From Thermoplasmatota archaeon (lineage in GTDB: Archaea > Thermoplasmatota > E2 > JACPAO01 > JAHFTW01): 64,000 nt of DNA. Position numbers and translations under genes: made by a program. This document shows positions 18,372 to 28,391 of this stretch, one piece after another. How positions within the stretch are numbered: position 1 is the first letter of the stretch; the number at the start of each line of letters is the position of its first letter. A model generated the notes under the pieces. That model was not told the DNA's origin and did not search any database. It saw only the letters and a program-made list of their open reading frames with translations. The stretch covers positions 30,677-94,676 of the forward strand of contig JBFIHX010000008.1 of the NCBI GenBank assembly GCA_041601615.1, written 5' to 3'.

Positions 18372-19922
18372 ATGCGCCGCCCCTTGGCCGTCCTCCTGCT
18401 TCTGCTCCTGCCCACCCTGGCAGGCTGCCTTTCCGACTCCGACAAAGATGGCGGACGCGACCTCGAAGTGCTCCCCGACAACCCAACCCACGTCCTCGAC
18501 GGCAGCACGGAACCAGTAGCGCTGCTTGCCCCCACCTTCCAACTCCGAGGCCCCCTCGCCACTGCCGACCCCGTGCTTGGCGCCGGTGAACCCAGCATCT
18601 GGGTCGCCCTCGACGGCACCATCTACGTCGCCTTCCCCGGCTGCGACCAACCAATTACCGGCGATCCGCTGGGCGCCGGCAACTGCCCCCACGGCCCCCT
18701 CTACCGAAGCCAAGACGACGGCGCAACCTTCGAACGCATGAACCAAGCCAGCGACGGCCGCTACTCCCCCGACGGACCCTCCGCCAACGGCGACGCAGAC
18801 GTAGCCGTGGACAGCGCCGGCACCGTGTACGTCAGCAACCTCGGCGGAGGCGGCATCCAACTCCACCGCTACGACGGCAATTGGACCTATCTTGGCAACA
18901 TTGTCCCACCCACCGAAAACCCCAACGACGACCCAGACCGACGCGACGGCGCCGACCGCCAATGGCTCGCAGCAGCCGGACCCGGACACGTCATCAACAC
19001 CTGGATGCGCACCAGCCCCGCCCGGGACGTGGCCATCAACACCACCTTCGACGGCGGCGCCACCTGGACCGGCACCACCTACTTCGGCAACGACATCGGC
19101 TGGCTCGGAACCGTGCAATTTGCACCCGATGGCAAACATGCCTACATCCCCTACACCCAACCCATCACGACCGCCCCTGTGGCCGACATCTACGGAGGCC
19201 AAGAATTCAGCATGCACGTCGCCTACACAGCCGACGGAGGCCTAACCTGGAACGACGTGGACACAGGTGCCCGATGGTTCAGCAGCATGACCGGCGGCCA
19301 CTGGAGCGGCACCCAAATGGCCCCCAGCCTCGACGTCACCGGCGACGGCACCGTCGTGCTCGTCTGGGCCCAAGACGAATTCCTGCCCGAAAGCACCCCG
19401 CCCTACACCGCCACCAGCGCGTCCACCATCCTCTACGCCATCACCAGCAAAGACCACGGCACCACCTGGACCGAGCCCGCCTTCATCACACCCCCGGGTA
19501 TCGCAGACACGCCGTTTGGCACCAGCATCATGCCCTGGGTCACAGGCGGCGCAGGCGACCGCTTCGCCGTCACCTTCCTGCACAACGACAGCCCCCTCGA
19601 TGGCGACTACATTGGCCTATCCTGGGACGTCATGGCACTCGTCGCCGATGGCATGGGCACCGACGACGAACGCATCGTCTACGCCACCATCGACACCAAC
19701 GTGCACCAAGGTGGCATCTGCACCCGAGGCGGACTCTGCATCCTCACCGCCAGCGACCGCGCCCTTTTGGACTTCTTTGAAGCCGACCTTTTGCCCGACG
19801 GCCGACTCATCGTAGTCTACCCCGCCGACCCACTCACCGGAGGCAAGACCATCGAAATGCGCATCGCCATCCAAGACGGCGGGACACTGATGGCCATCCC
19901 ATCCGAACCCCAAACCGCGTAG
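18372..19922 (+). CDS. BNR/Asp-box repeat (sialidase-like beta-propeller) lipoprotein
   Basis: Start re-placed at Met 18372 (MRRPLAVLLLLLLPTLAGC lipobox). Multiple S/T-x-D-G-G-x-T-W Asp-box repeats (DDGATF, DGGATW, DGGLTW, DHGTTW). Confidence 0.7.
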   Translation: MRRPLAVLLLLLLPTLAGCLSDSDKDGGRDLEVLPDNPTHVLDGSTEPVALLAPTFQLRGPLATADPVLGAGEPSIWVALDGTIYVAFPGCDQPITGDPLGAGNCPHGPLYRSQDDGATFERMNQASDGRYSPDGPSANGDADVAVDSAGTVYVSNLGGGGIQLHRYDGNWTYLGNIVPPTENPNDDPDRRDGADRQWLAAAGPGHVINTWMRTSPARDVAINTTFDGGATWTGTTYFGNDIGWLGTVQFAPDGKHAYIPYTQPITTAPVADIYGGQEFSMHVAYTADGGLTWNDVDTGARWFSSMTGGHWSGTQMAPSLDVTGDGTVVLVWAQDEFLPESTPPYTATSASTILYAITSKDHGTTWTEPAFITPPGIADTPFGTSIMPWVTGGAGDRFAVTFLHNDSPLDGDYIGLSWDVMALVADGMGTDDERIVYATIDTNVHQGGICTRGGLCILTASDRALLDFFEADLLPDGRLIVVYPADPLTGGKTIEMRIAIQDGGTLMAIPSEPQTA

Positions 19923-20211
19923 GGAATCGAATCTGCCATCCTCTGGGTGCCGTCCCAAACTCCCCAAACCTTCCAAAATGACCGAAGGCAGTGGAGCCGT
20001 AAGTAGTGACGGACCATCTAAGGATCTAGGGCTTGGTTCCCAGAACCCGTGCGTGACTCCCACGGCACGAGCAGAATTCAGGTGGATCCCAGATTCTGGA
20101 AAAGCATCCTCTCGACCGAGAGAGTGGAATTACTCTTCAAATTATTGGGAAGTCTCGGCGCCAACCTTAACCATCAATTGGCCTAATAAGTGCTACGCCA
20201 TCTTGGGGCTC

Positions 20212-20580
20212 ATGCATAAGCAGTGGGCGCTATTCTTCCTTCTCGTAACTCTCGCTAGCCTTTCAGGTTGCGCCAAGAGTCACGCTCCGCCAGCAGCCCA
20301 TGTTATCGTAACATTGGTTGACGAAGCACAAGAGACGTCGATAAAATGGGAAGAGCTGCCCGAAACTGGAAAACATAAAATATTAGAGACTCATTTTAAG
20401 ATGGCGGCAGTAGATTCAACGATGGAATCCAGTTTTGAGGTAAACATTGACGAGGCTAATGGCATTAGGATGGGACTGCAGCCAAAATCAGATCCGAACT
20501 CCAATGGAGGGTATGATGATTTATATTACATTGTTTTTCAAAACTCTACTTTCCGTGTTATAATATCTGAAATAGGTTAA
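20212..20580 (+). CDS. small lipoprotein, hypothetical (lower-GC islet)
   Basis: Start re-placed at ATG 20212 (MHKQWALFFLLVTLASLSGC lipobox). Codon composition is AT-richer than the core. An AT-rich spacer follows. Confidence 0.4.
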   Translation: MHKQWALFFLLVTLASLSGCAKSHAPPAAHVIVTLVDEAQETSIKWEELPETGKHKILETHFKMAAVDSTMESSFEVNIDEANGIRMGLQPKSDPNSNGGYDDLYYIVFQNSTFRVIISEIG

Positions 20581-20831
20581 CGAGGTTGCATGATGTTATA
20601 AGCAAAATCATAATTAGGGATTTAGTTATTATATACAATCAGTAAATATTACTAAATTTACATCGATAATAGAAAATTAAAGGGGCGCAAGTCGCTTCGC
20701 CCCCTGGGCTGTTCAGGCCAATTCGGCCCAATATCACCACCTTTGCTTATATTATGCTTACTCGATGCTGAACTAGACGTGATTACACGTCGGTGAACAT
20801 TATGCATGTAAAACAAATTTGAGCCACCTTT

Positions 20832-22100
20832 GTGGTGATAACCCTCCTTGGTGTAATCAACGCCCAAGGCCACGAGAGCAATGGTCCCGAAGGCCCTGCT
20901 ACCGACTACAAGACCTCCGAATTCGAGGTTGATACAAGCCAGATGCGCAAGAGCATCAACGAAGGCACGCCCGTGGTTTTGCCCTTTGGGGACATCGGCG
21001 CCATTTCGCTGGTCCTGGCGGAGTTCGACGTGTTCGCTCCGGGCATGAAGATTCGGCCAGTTCACGACGAAACCGGCTCCCCCGTTGGATACGAGCCGTT
21101 CCCATACTGGTCCTTTGAGGGCGTCGTCGCCAACGACCCGACCTCCCGAGCAGTCATTACGATGGACGACAGAGGCCTGTATGGCACCGTGAGGGCTTTT
21201 GACGTGCTGATGCACTACAAGCCAGTCGATGAAGACCATATCCTGGCGAGCGGTGAAATGGCCGTGGTCCGGGCGAAGTGGATCGACAACGGCAGCGCAG
21301 GCAGCATCCTCGTTGACGCGGAAAAGTACGCCATAGACACCGTCCGGGAAAACGATGCATCGCAGTCATCTCAAAGGAGCAGCGCCAAGACGGGTGGCAC
21401 AATCTACTACAAGTCTCCCGATACCAACCGAGTCTACGAGAACGACCTAAGCGTCAGTTGCAACCGCCAGCCTGCCACCGCCAAGTCCCTCGCGGACAAG
21501 CGATTCACGGACAAACACAGCAACTACGCCACTCGCATCGCCAACGCCTTCGCCATTCAACGAGCTATGTGGGACGCTTACACCTGCAACATCCTAGTCC
21601 TCAACAACATCGAGGCGCTACCGTATAACTATAGTAGTTCTGGCACTTGTTCCACGCACCTATTGCATTTCCGCCAATTCAACGAGGAAGAGTGGGGAAT
21701 CAATGCGTATCAACTATTCACTGGCATTGAGCTTAATGACTGTGATGGAATTGGATACAAGGAAAGTGCCGGGGTGCAAGCCAAGCACTACTATGGGTAC
21801 CGAACCGAAAATCCAAACAATTGGTGGGACGACCGTTTGAGCCTCATAGAGGCCGTTGACCACAACCGCTGGTCGGACTCTAACGACCCGGACGAACAGA
21901 GCGACCTGGGCCTTGTGAGTGCCCAAGAAATCGGCCACAACTGGGGCGAGCCAAGCCACCCACAGAGCGCGCAAAACTACCGCTACAACGTAATGGCGGA
22001 TGGAACGATCTATGACGACCGCGATTTCTGGATGACCAATGGAAATTCTTGGAACACTGCGGAGCTTATCGTCAAGGCAACGCAAGGAAAATTCATCTAA
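20832..22100 (+). CDS. hypothetical protein with degenerate metzincin/reprolysin-like motif
   Basis: GTG start immediately after a stop. QEIGHNWGEPSH resembles HExxHxxGxxH, but the first His is Gln and the third His is shifted by one. GC is ~50-58%, below the core. Confidence 0.5.
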   Translation: MVITLLGVINAQGHESNGPEGPATDYKTSEFEVDTSQMRKSINEGTPVVLPFGDIGAISLVLAEFDVFAPGMKIRPVHDETGSPVGYEPFPYWSFEGVVANDPTSRAVITMDDRGLYGTVRAFDVLMHYKPVDEDHILASGEMAVVRAKWIDNGSAGSILVDAEKYAIDTVRENDASQSSQRSSAKTGGTIYYKSPDTNRVYENDLSVSCNRQPATAKSLADKRFTDKHSNYATRIANAFAIQRAMWDAYTCNILVLNNIEALPYNYSSSGTCSTHLLHFRQFNEEEWGINAYQLFTGIELNDCDGIGYKESAGVQAKHYYGYRTENPNNWWDDRLSLIEAVDHNRWSDSNDPDEQSDLGLVSAQEIGHNWGEPSHPQSAQNYRYNVMADGTIYDDRDFWMTNGNSWNTAELIVKATQGKFI

Positions 22101-22575
22101 CTAGGATTTTCAGCGTCAACTCCCCCCCCTTTCCCGCTCCACTCCCGTCGGCATGCTTGAATCTAAAGACACCGCCTTGGAACTACCCCAATATATCGCA
22201 ATTTAGTGCCAGAAATCTTTTAATTTTGGGTTAATATGGACTTTCATTATCAAAAATATTGGCATGGTGAAAATTAAGTTTTGCGCATCCCCCTCCTTGG
22301 CTGCTCCAAACATGGGCTTCTGGGTCTACGAGGATTTTTTCCATGTAGCTGGATTTGCTCACGATTGCCCTGCGGTTCACTCCGATGGCTGACGCTGAAC
22401 CCAAATTCGAATGTGAACAGCCTAAGGACGCGGCTCGTTTTTGGCGGTCTATCTAAAACCGGGGGCACCAGGGGCCATTGCCTATAGCCTCTCCAGCACC
22501 AGGCGCCAACACCGGGTTTTGGAAGGCACCGCCATCCTCCACAATCCATAAGACGCCGCACCGCTGGAGCGCATC

Positions 22576-23082
22576 GTGGACCGCCGCCAGTGGCTCGAAA
22601 CCGCCCGCGAAGAATCCGGCTACACCAGCACCGACCCGGCGCCGCCTCTCGTGGCCCCGGGAGCGTCGGCCGAAGTGGCAGACCTGGCAGCAAAGCTCCT
22701 GGATACGTCGCAGCCCATGTTTCAACGCATGCGTGCCGTCTTCGCGCTTCGCAACGTGGGCGGAGCTGCCGCCGTGGACGCACTCGCGTCGGCGTTTCTC
22801 GACTCGTCTGCCTTGCTTCGCCACGAACTGGCGTACGTGCTTGGCCAAATGGGCGACGCCCACGCGCTGCCCTACCTCGTGAAGGTGCTATCCACCGAGG
22901 ACGAGCATGTGATGGTGCGACACGAAGCCGCCGAGGCTCTAGGCGCGATAGGCGATGAGCGCGGGCGCGCCGTGTTGGAACGATTCCTGGCAGACCCGAA
23001 CCCGGAGGTCTCCGAGTCGTGCGAGGTCGCCCTCGACCTCCTGGATTGGGTCAATTCGTCGTCGATGGACTACTCGGAGTAA
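22576..23082 (+). CDS. HEAT/PBS-lyase repeat protein with two His-Glu motifs (half a deoxyhypusine-hydroxylase-like dyad)
   Basis: Repeats LRHELAYVLGQMGD and VRHEAAEALGAIGD. 168 aa. Confidence 0.55.
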   Translation: MDRRQWLETAREESGYTSTDPAPPLVAPGASAEVADLAAKLLDTSQPMFQRMRAVFALRNVGGAAAVDALASAFLDSSALLRHELAYVLGQMGDAHALPYLVKVLSTEDEHVMVRHEAAEALGAIGDERGRAVLERFLADPNPEVSESCEVALDLLDWVNSSSMDYSE

Positions 23083-23089
23083 ACGCGCA

Positions 23090-23293
23090 CTAATTCAGTG
23101 GGCAATGGTGGAAGATCCAGCACCATCCCGTGTCGCTGAGGACACAGACCCAACCCGTCATCACGTTGTAGACACAGGAAGCGTTCTCCCGGGGAATGCT
23201 GTCCGGCATGTGGTCTGCAGCGGCCGTCGGCGCCAAGGCTGCGGTGCCAAGCACCAGCAGGCAAGTCATGGCGAGTGTGATGGTTTTGTTCAT
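23090..23293 (-). CDS. small secreted Cys-rich protein (67 aa, hypothetical)
   Basis: Start re-placed at MNKTITLAMTCLLVLGTAALAPTAAA signal peptide. 5 Cys in the mature part. Confidence 0.35.
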   Translation of the reverse strand: MNKTITLAMTCLLVLGTAALAPTAAADHMPDSIPRENASCVYNVMTGWVCVLSDTGWCWIFHHCPLN

Positions 23294-23337
23294 GGTTTCA
23301 CGTCCAGCCAGCATTGGGCCGACCAAGGGAGGACTAC

Positions 23338-24687
23338 TCAGTGGCTTTGTGAACTGTTCGGTGGCCGGCCCGGATGATCCGATGCGCGAATGGGCCCCTC
23401 GCCGGTTTCCTCAATTTCTACGTCAAGGCCCCGAATGAACGTCAAGTCCGGACCACGTTCGCCCGTGACGCGGCGAGGAATGTCGCGGGAAATCCGAGCC
23501 ATCAATTCGTAGTTCAAGAGGTGCTGGCCCTCGGCAAACGAATGGACCGTGATTTCCTCATCGCCTTGGTGACCAATCAGCACAACCTCATCGCCGGGGC
23601 CGGCCGAAGGCAAGTGCCCCACATCCACTTGGACCATGTTCATGTTCACCTGCCCAACAATGGGACAAGGCGTGCCATGAATCAGCACCTGGCCCGCATT
23701 CGAGAGCCCCCGAGTGAATCCATCGCCATAACCCACGGGTAGAATCGCAAGCGTCGTGTCGCGGTTCGTGCGGTGGGCTTGGCCGTATCCCACGAACGTA
23801 CCCTCTGGAACGTGCTTGACTGCCATGATGCGGGTTCGCCAGCTCATGGCCCGGCGCAACCGAAGCGGCCTCGCCTCATCTCGCACACGATACCCTGCCC
23901 GCACCTCTGGTGTTGGCCACAAGCCGTACCCTGCTATGCCGGATCGGACCATTTCCATGCGAAACCGCTCGTCAAGAAGTGCCGCGCTGGAACTACTCAC
24001 ATGCCGCGCCGGCACCGCGCACCCCGCACTTCGCACTTGGTCGCAGACGGACTCAAACACCTCCATTTGGGCTTGGACTCGGGCTTCATTGCGGCGATCC
24101 TCGGCGCCCGCCAGATGCGTGCAAAGCCCCACCACTTCAATCTCGTCCATGTCCGCAGCAGCACAGATGACATCCACCGCAGAATCCGGTTCGAGTCCCG
24201 TGCGGTGCATGCCTGTCTCTACCTCCACATGCACCCGAAGCGGCAGGCAATCCGAACGATTGCGGGCCGCATCCCGCGCACCCTGCATCGTCGCCTGCCA
24301 GTCCGCATCATCGTTGACCCAAGGCTCCAAGCCGCAGCGAGCAACCCACAGCATGTTCTCCGGCTCCACATGCCCCATGACCTGAATGCGGCTTTGGCCA
24401 TCACTGGCACCAAGCGCATGCCAAGCCTCATGGGCGCTGAAGACGGCAAAATCACGCACACCCGCCCCCTCGGCGATGGGCACCACGGCGGCGATGCCAT
24501 GGCCGTAGGCGTCCGCTTTGATCACGAAACACAATCGGGCCGGGTCGAATTCTCGCTGCAACGCTTGCAGATTTCCCTCAAGTCTGCCCTGATCAATCTC
24601 AATCCATGTTCCCTGCGCTGGCGGGGCATCCTCCGGCTCCTGCACCGCGTCGTCTAGGCTCATGCTCGCCTCGCAAGCTGCACCCAA
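23338..24687 (-). CDS. alr: alanine racemase (PLP-dependent) with ~40-aa C-terminal extension
   Basis: PLP-lysine motif VIKADAYGHG. Full Alr fold length. Extra acidic tail after ...IPRRV. Confidence 0.85.
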   Translation of the reverse strand: MGAACEASMSLDDAVQEPEDAPPAQGTWIEIDQGRLEGNLQALQREFDPARLCFVIKADAYGHGIAAVVPIAEGAGVRDFAVFSAHEAWHALGASDGQSRIQVMGHVEPENMLWVARCGLEPWVNDDADWQATMQGARDAARNRSDCLPLRVHVEVETGMHRTGLEPDSAVDVICAAADMDEIEVVGLCTHLAGAEDRRNEARVQAQMEVFESVCDQVRSAGCAVPARHVSSSSAALLDERFRMEMVRSGIAGYGLWPTPEVRAGYRVRDEARPLRLRRAMSWRTRIMAVKHVPEGTFVGYGQAHRTNRDTTLAILPVGYGDGFTRGLSNAGQVLIHGTPCPIVGQVNMNMVQVDVGHLPSAGPGDEVVLIGHQGDEEITVHSFAEGQHLLNYELMARISRDIPRRVTGERGPDLTFIRGLDVEIEETGEGPIRASDHPGRPPNSSQSH

Positions 24688-25808
24688 AATTGAATGCCCC
24701 GCTCCAGCAGAACATCGGGAAATTCATACCGGTCGTCATGCAGCGGCGGCTGATCCACGCCCGAACCGAGCCCCAGAAGTGCTCCTGGCCAACGGGCACA
24801 TGCGTGTCCAAAGTCCTCGCTCCAGCCAAACGGACCCTCCAACCGCACAAGCTCCATGCCGACCGCCAGCGCCGCCTCGGACGCCGCCGTGAGCGCCCCA
24901 TCGTCGTTGCGGGTCTCCGGAAACGGATCCACCTCCGCCCAGTGCAGCTCCAGGTCCAGGTCCCCGGCGGCCTCCGAGGCAAGCTCCAGCCAGGTCGAGC
25001 GCATCCATTCCACGTCCTCAGCAGAACCGCGCAGGGTAGCCGCCACCGTGCCCCAGCCGGGACTGGTGCCGTACGCTTCCTCGCCGAGGCGCACATGGAT
25101 CAACGTCGCAAGTGCTTCCGGGCCAAGCCCCATGGCAAGCCCCTCCACCGCGTCGGCGAGGCGGGCCAAAGCTGCCCACGGAGACCGCCCGTCGCCGGGT
25201 TGCGCCGCGTGGCTCTCGGTGCCCAAAAACGTCAGACGGACGCCCTGACTCGCAAGCGCGCCAGGACCAAGCAACAACGCCCCCATTGGATACCCCGGAA
25301 CGTTGTGGATTGAGTAGCAATCCCGCATGTTCAAACCTGACAAGCGCGGGTCTTCGAGGCAACGCGCCATGCCCGAACCATCCTCTTCACTCGGCTGAAA
25401 CAGAACCGACACAGGACGCTCGGCTGGAGCCGAAGCAAGGTGCGCTAGGGCCGCCGCCACCATCACCATGTGCCCGTCGTGCCCACAACCATGCCGAGCA
25501 CCATCCCGGGCCGGAATCGCATCCAATTCGGCGCGAAACAGATGCACCTTGCCGCCGCTCGTGCCCGCCACCTGCGCCAACAGCCCGTGGCTGCCGTCGC
25601 CACCGATTCCGGTTTCCACGCGGACACCCCGCGCTTCCAACCACGTTTGCAGCAGGTTCGCAGTCTGTGATTCGTGACCACTCTGCTCGGCCAACGCGTG
25701 CAGCGACGCACGCAACATGGTCGCTTCGGCAAGCTCTGCGGGGGTCAGCGATTCAATGCGTGGCCTCTTGGAAGGCACTGCGGACCCCTTCGACACGAGT
25801 CGGGTCAA
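24660..25808 (-). CDS. M20-family amidohydrolase (aminoacylase / hippurate hydrolase-like)
   Basis: Metal-binding context GHDGHM and SEEDGSGMA. ~380 aa. The start could instead be the internal Met at 25718. Confidence 0.7.
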   Translation of the reverse strand: MTRLVSKGSAVPSKRPRIESLTPAELAEATMLRASLHALAEQSGHESQTANLLQTWLEARGVRVETGIGGDGSHGLLAQVAGTSGGKVHLFRAELDAIPARDGARHGCGHDGHMVMVAAALAHLASAPAERPVSVLFQPSEEDGSGMARCLEDPRLSGLNMRDCYSIHNVPGYPMGALLLGPGALASQGVRLTFLGTESHAAQPGDGRSPWAALARLADAVEGLAMGLGPEALATLIHVRLGEEAYGTSPGWGTVAATLRGSAEDVEWMRSTWLELASEAAGDLDLELHWAEVDPFPETRNDDGALTAASEAALAVGMELVRLEGPFGWSEDFGHACARWPGALLGLGSGVDQPPLHDDRYEFPDVLLERGIQFWVQLARRA

Positions 25809-26193
25809 GCTTGAGGAAGTAAATGCCCCTGTCGTCGCGCTTTGGCAAGCCCCCCGGGTAGTTTCCAGAGCGCGGCGGAAACGGCACCTGGTACAACGCC
25901 GCCTGGGCCGCCTCGATGTCCGTGTTGAGCGTGCACCGCTCGACGGGTCCGAACGCCTGCACCGACTCCCAGATGTTCTCCGACTCCATGTGGACCACCG
26001 TCAGGCACGCCTCCTGTGTCTCGTTCTCGTACCTGTCCTTGAGTCCCGGATGACACTGGAACCATGCCCGCTCGCCGTCAAAACCATAGAACAGAGGCAC
26101 CGCGTAGGCCCGCCCGCCGTCGGCAAGCGACAGCACACCCATACGCGAGCGGCGCAGAATCTCCAGAGCATCCTCGTGCGGCATCGGCTCCAT
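25753..26193 (-). CDS. pyridoxamine 5'-phosphate oxidase-like FMN-binding split-barrel protein
   Basis: N-terminal HEDALEILRRSRMGVLSL pattern typical of the PNPOx-like family. 146 aa. Confidence 0.6.
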   Translation of the reverse strand: MEPMPHEDALEILRRSRMGVLSLADGGRAYAVPLFYGFDGERAWFQCHPGLKDRYENETQEACLTVVHMESENIWESVQAFGPVERCTLNTDIEAAQAALYQVPFPPRSGNYPGGLPKRDDRGIYFLKLDPTRVEGVRSAFQEATH

Positions 26194-26305
26194 ACGTCCT
26201 ATCGTGCAGTTTCTTCGATATTAACTGTATCCCCGCCGAGACGGCGGCCAAGAAGACCGAGCTGCCCCACGCCTAAATATGGGTCCTCCGTCGCCGGTTC
26301 ACGGG

Positions 26306-27868
26306 ATGAAAGTCACCCGTGCCCTGCTGTCCGTCAGCGACAAGACAGGCATCGTCCAATTTGCCCGCCGACTCTCCAAAGCCGGCGTCGAACTCGTCAG
26401 CACCGGAGGCACCGCCTCCCTGCTGCGCTCGGAAGGCCTAGAGGTCCGCGACATCAGCGACCTCACCGGTTTTCCAGAGATGATGGACGGCCGCGTCAAG
26501 ACCCTGCACCCGATCGTCGCCGGCGGCATCCTCGCTGCCCGTGACGACCCGGCCCACGTTGCCAGCATGGAAGCCCACGGCATCTGCGCCATTGACCTCG
26601 TCTGCGTCAACCTCTACCCCTTCGAGCAAACCGCCTCCAGCGACGCGACGCTGCCCGAACTCATCGAACAAATCGACATCGGCGGCCCCAGCCTCCTTCG
26701 CGCCGCCGCCAAGAACCACCGCCACGTCTACGTCGTCACCGGCGCCGACCAATACGACCGCGTCATGGCCGGCATCGAAGGCACCATCCCCGCCGACGAA
26801 GACGAAGCCCTGCGCCAGGAACTCGCCCTGCGCACCTACCAACTCACCGCTCGCTACGACGCCGTCATCGCCCGTGTGCTCTCGAAACGATTCGGCCTCA
26901 CAGACTACCCCGAACACCTCGTATTCGCCTTCGACCGCCGCGACGTGCTGCGCTACGGCGAAAACAGCCACCAACGCGCCGCCTACTACGAAAAATCTGG
27001 GCCCCGCAACGAACTGGAACCGAGCATCATCAAGGCCGAACAACTGCACGGCAAACAACTCAGCTACAACAACATCCTCGACGCCGACCTCGCGCTCGAA
27101 TCCGTCAAGGAATTCCCCGAACGCCCCTGCTGCGTCATCATCAAACACGCCACACCGTGCGGCATCGCCACAGCCGACACCCTCCAAACCGCCTGGAAGG
27201 ACGCCCTCGCCTGCGATCCCTACTCGCCCTTCGGCGGCGTCGTCGCCATGAACCGCGAAGTCACCCTAGATGTTGCCGAAGAACTTGCCAAACTGTTCTT
27301 GGAAATCGTCGTCGCCCCCGGCTTCAGCCCCGACGCCCTCGCGCGCCTTCAAAAGAAAAAGAACCTCCGCCTCCTGTCCGTCCCCGACCTCGACGACGAC
27401 TACCACCGCAGCGGCACCCAAATCCGCAGCATCACCGGCGGCCTTCTCGTCCAAGACCGCGACCTGAAGCCCTACGACACCACCCAGTGGCAAACCGTCA
27501 CCAAGCTCACCCCCACGGACGAGCAAGTGGAGAGCATGCTGTTTGCCGCGCGCTGCGTCAAGGCCATCCGCAGCAACGCCGTCGTCTTCGTCCAAGGCAC
27601 CAAGACCGTCGGCATCGGCGGCGGCCAAACCGCCCGCGTGGACAGCACTACCATTGCCACCGTCAAGGGCGGCGACAACATCAAGGGTAGCGTCATGGCC
27701 AGCGACGCCTTCTTCCCGTTCCGTGACGCCGTGGATGTGGCTGCCGAACACGGCGTTTCCGCCATCGTGCAACCCGGTGGATCCATCCGCGACGACGAAG
27801 TGATTGAAGCCGCCGACGAGCACGGCATCGCCATGATGTTCAGCGGCCAGCGATCGTTCCGCCACTAG
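26306..27868 (+). CDS. purH: bifunctional AICAR transformylase / IMP cyclohydrolase
   Basis: Start re-placed at MKVTRALLSVSDKTGI. MGS-like plus AICARFT domains at full length. Confidence 0.9.
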   Translation: MKVTRALLSVSDKTGIVQFARRLSKAGVELVSTGGTASLLRSEGLEVRDISDLTGFPEMMDGRVKTLHPIVAGGILAARDDPAHVASMEAHGICAIDLVCVNLYPFEQTASSDATLPELIEQIDIGGPSLLRAAAKNHRHVYVVTGADQYDRVMAGIEGTIPADEDEALRQELALRTYQLTARYDAVIARVLSKRFGLTDYPEHLVFAFDRRDVLRYGENSHQRAAYYEKSGPRNELEPSIIKAEQLHGKQLSYNNILDADLALESVKEFPERPCCVIIKHATPCGIATADTLQTAWKDALACDPYSPFGGVVAMNREVTLDVAEELAKLFLEIVVAPGFSPDALARLQKKKNLRLLSVPDLDDDYHRSGTQIRSITGGLLVQDRDLKPYDTTQWQTVTKLTPTDEQVESMLFAARCVKAIRSNAVVFVQGTKTVGIGGGQTARVDSTTIATVKGGDNIKGSVMASDAFFPFRDAVDVAAEHGVSAIVQPGGSIRDDEVIEAADEHGIAMMFSGQRSFRH

Positions 27869-27915
27869 GCCCCGGCTGAGCCTGACCCCGTTTTCTCCTG
27901 TTGAGCCGGGGCTTT
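27869..27915 (+). terminator. GC-rich hairpin (GCCCCGGCT...AGCCGGGGC) downstream of purH
   Basis: A 9-bp inverted repeat enclosing a T-rich loop (GTTTTCTCCTGTTG). Confidence 0.25.
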
Positions 27916-27974
27916 CGAGACCGACTTATAGGTTTTGAACGATGTTATAATGTAGTTGGGAAGCTATAGGATTC

Positions 27975-28391
27975 TTGATGGCAACCACCATTGCGTTGCA
28001 CGATTCAACCCGCGAGCGACTGGCGATTTTTCAGAAAAAGAGCCACCTGCCCAGCATGGATGCCGTCGTTCTCGCACTTCTGGACGCCCCACTACACACC
28101 GCCCAAGCCATCTGGTCGCGGCACCGAAGCGCCGCCCTCGAAGTTTGCAACCGGCGGGGAATTTTGCGCGCCGTGGCATTCGGCAGCCGCGTCTGGGGAA
28201 CCCCGCACGGCACCAGTGACTTCGACTTGATGGTGGAATTCGAACGCACCCCAGACCTTTGGACCTACCAAGACATCGCGGAGGAACTGGAGCAAGCCCT
28301 TGGAGTCCACGTGGACATGCACACGCCCCGCGGGCTTCGCCCCAGACTCCTTGCACGCATCGAAGCCGAGGGAGCGCGCCTCCTTGGATGA
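27975..28391 (+). CDS. mntA: MntA-type nucleotidyltransferase antitoxin with N-terminal ribbon-helix-helix-like segment
   Basis: Polymerase-beta NTase motif AFGSRVWGTPHGTSDFDLMVEF. N-terminal STRERLAIF is RHH-like. Directly precedes a HEPN gene. Confidence 0.7.
   Translation: MMATTIALHDSTRERLAIFQKKSHLPSMDAVVLALLDAPLHTAQAIWSRHRSAALEVCNRRGILRAVAFGSRVWGTPHGTSDFDLMVEFERTPDLWTYQDIAEELEQALGVHVDMHTPRGLRPRLLARIEAEGARLLG

Noticed and set aside
20681-20702. GGGGCG-N10-CGCCCC hairpin in the AT-rich spacer, considered as a terminator
   Set aside because: It has only a short 6-bp stem with a 10-nt loop and no adjacent oligo-T tract. It is too weak to call.
22281-22575. Possible N-terminal half of a DOHH-like HEAT protein upstream of 22576 (frameshifted pseudogene idea)
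   Set aside because: The upstream frames do not show HEAT or His-Glu repeats, so there is no support.
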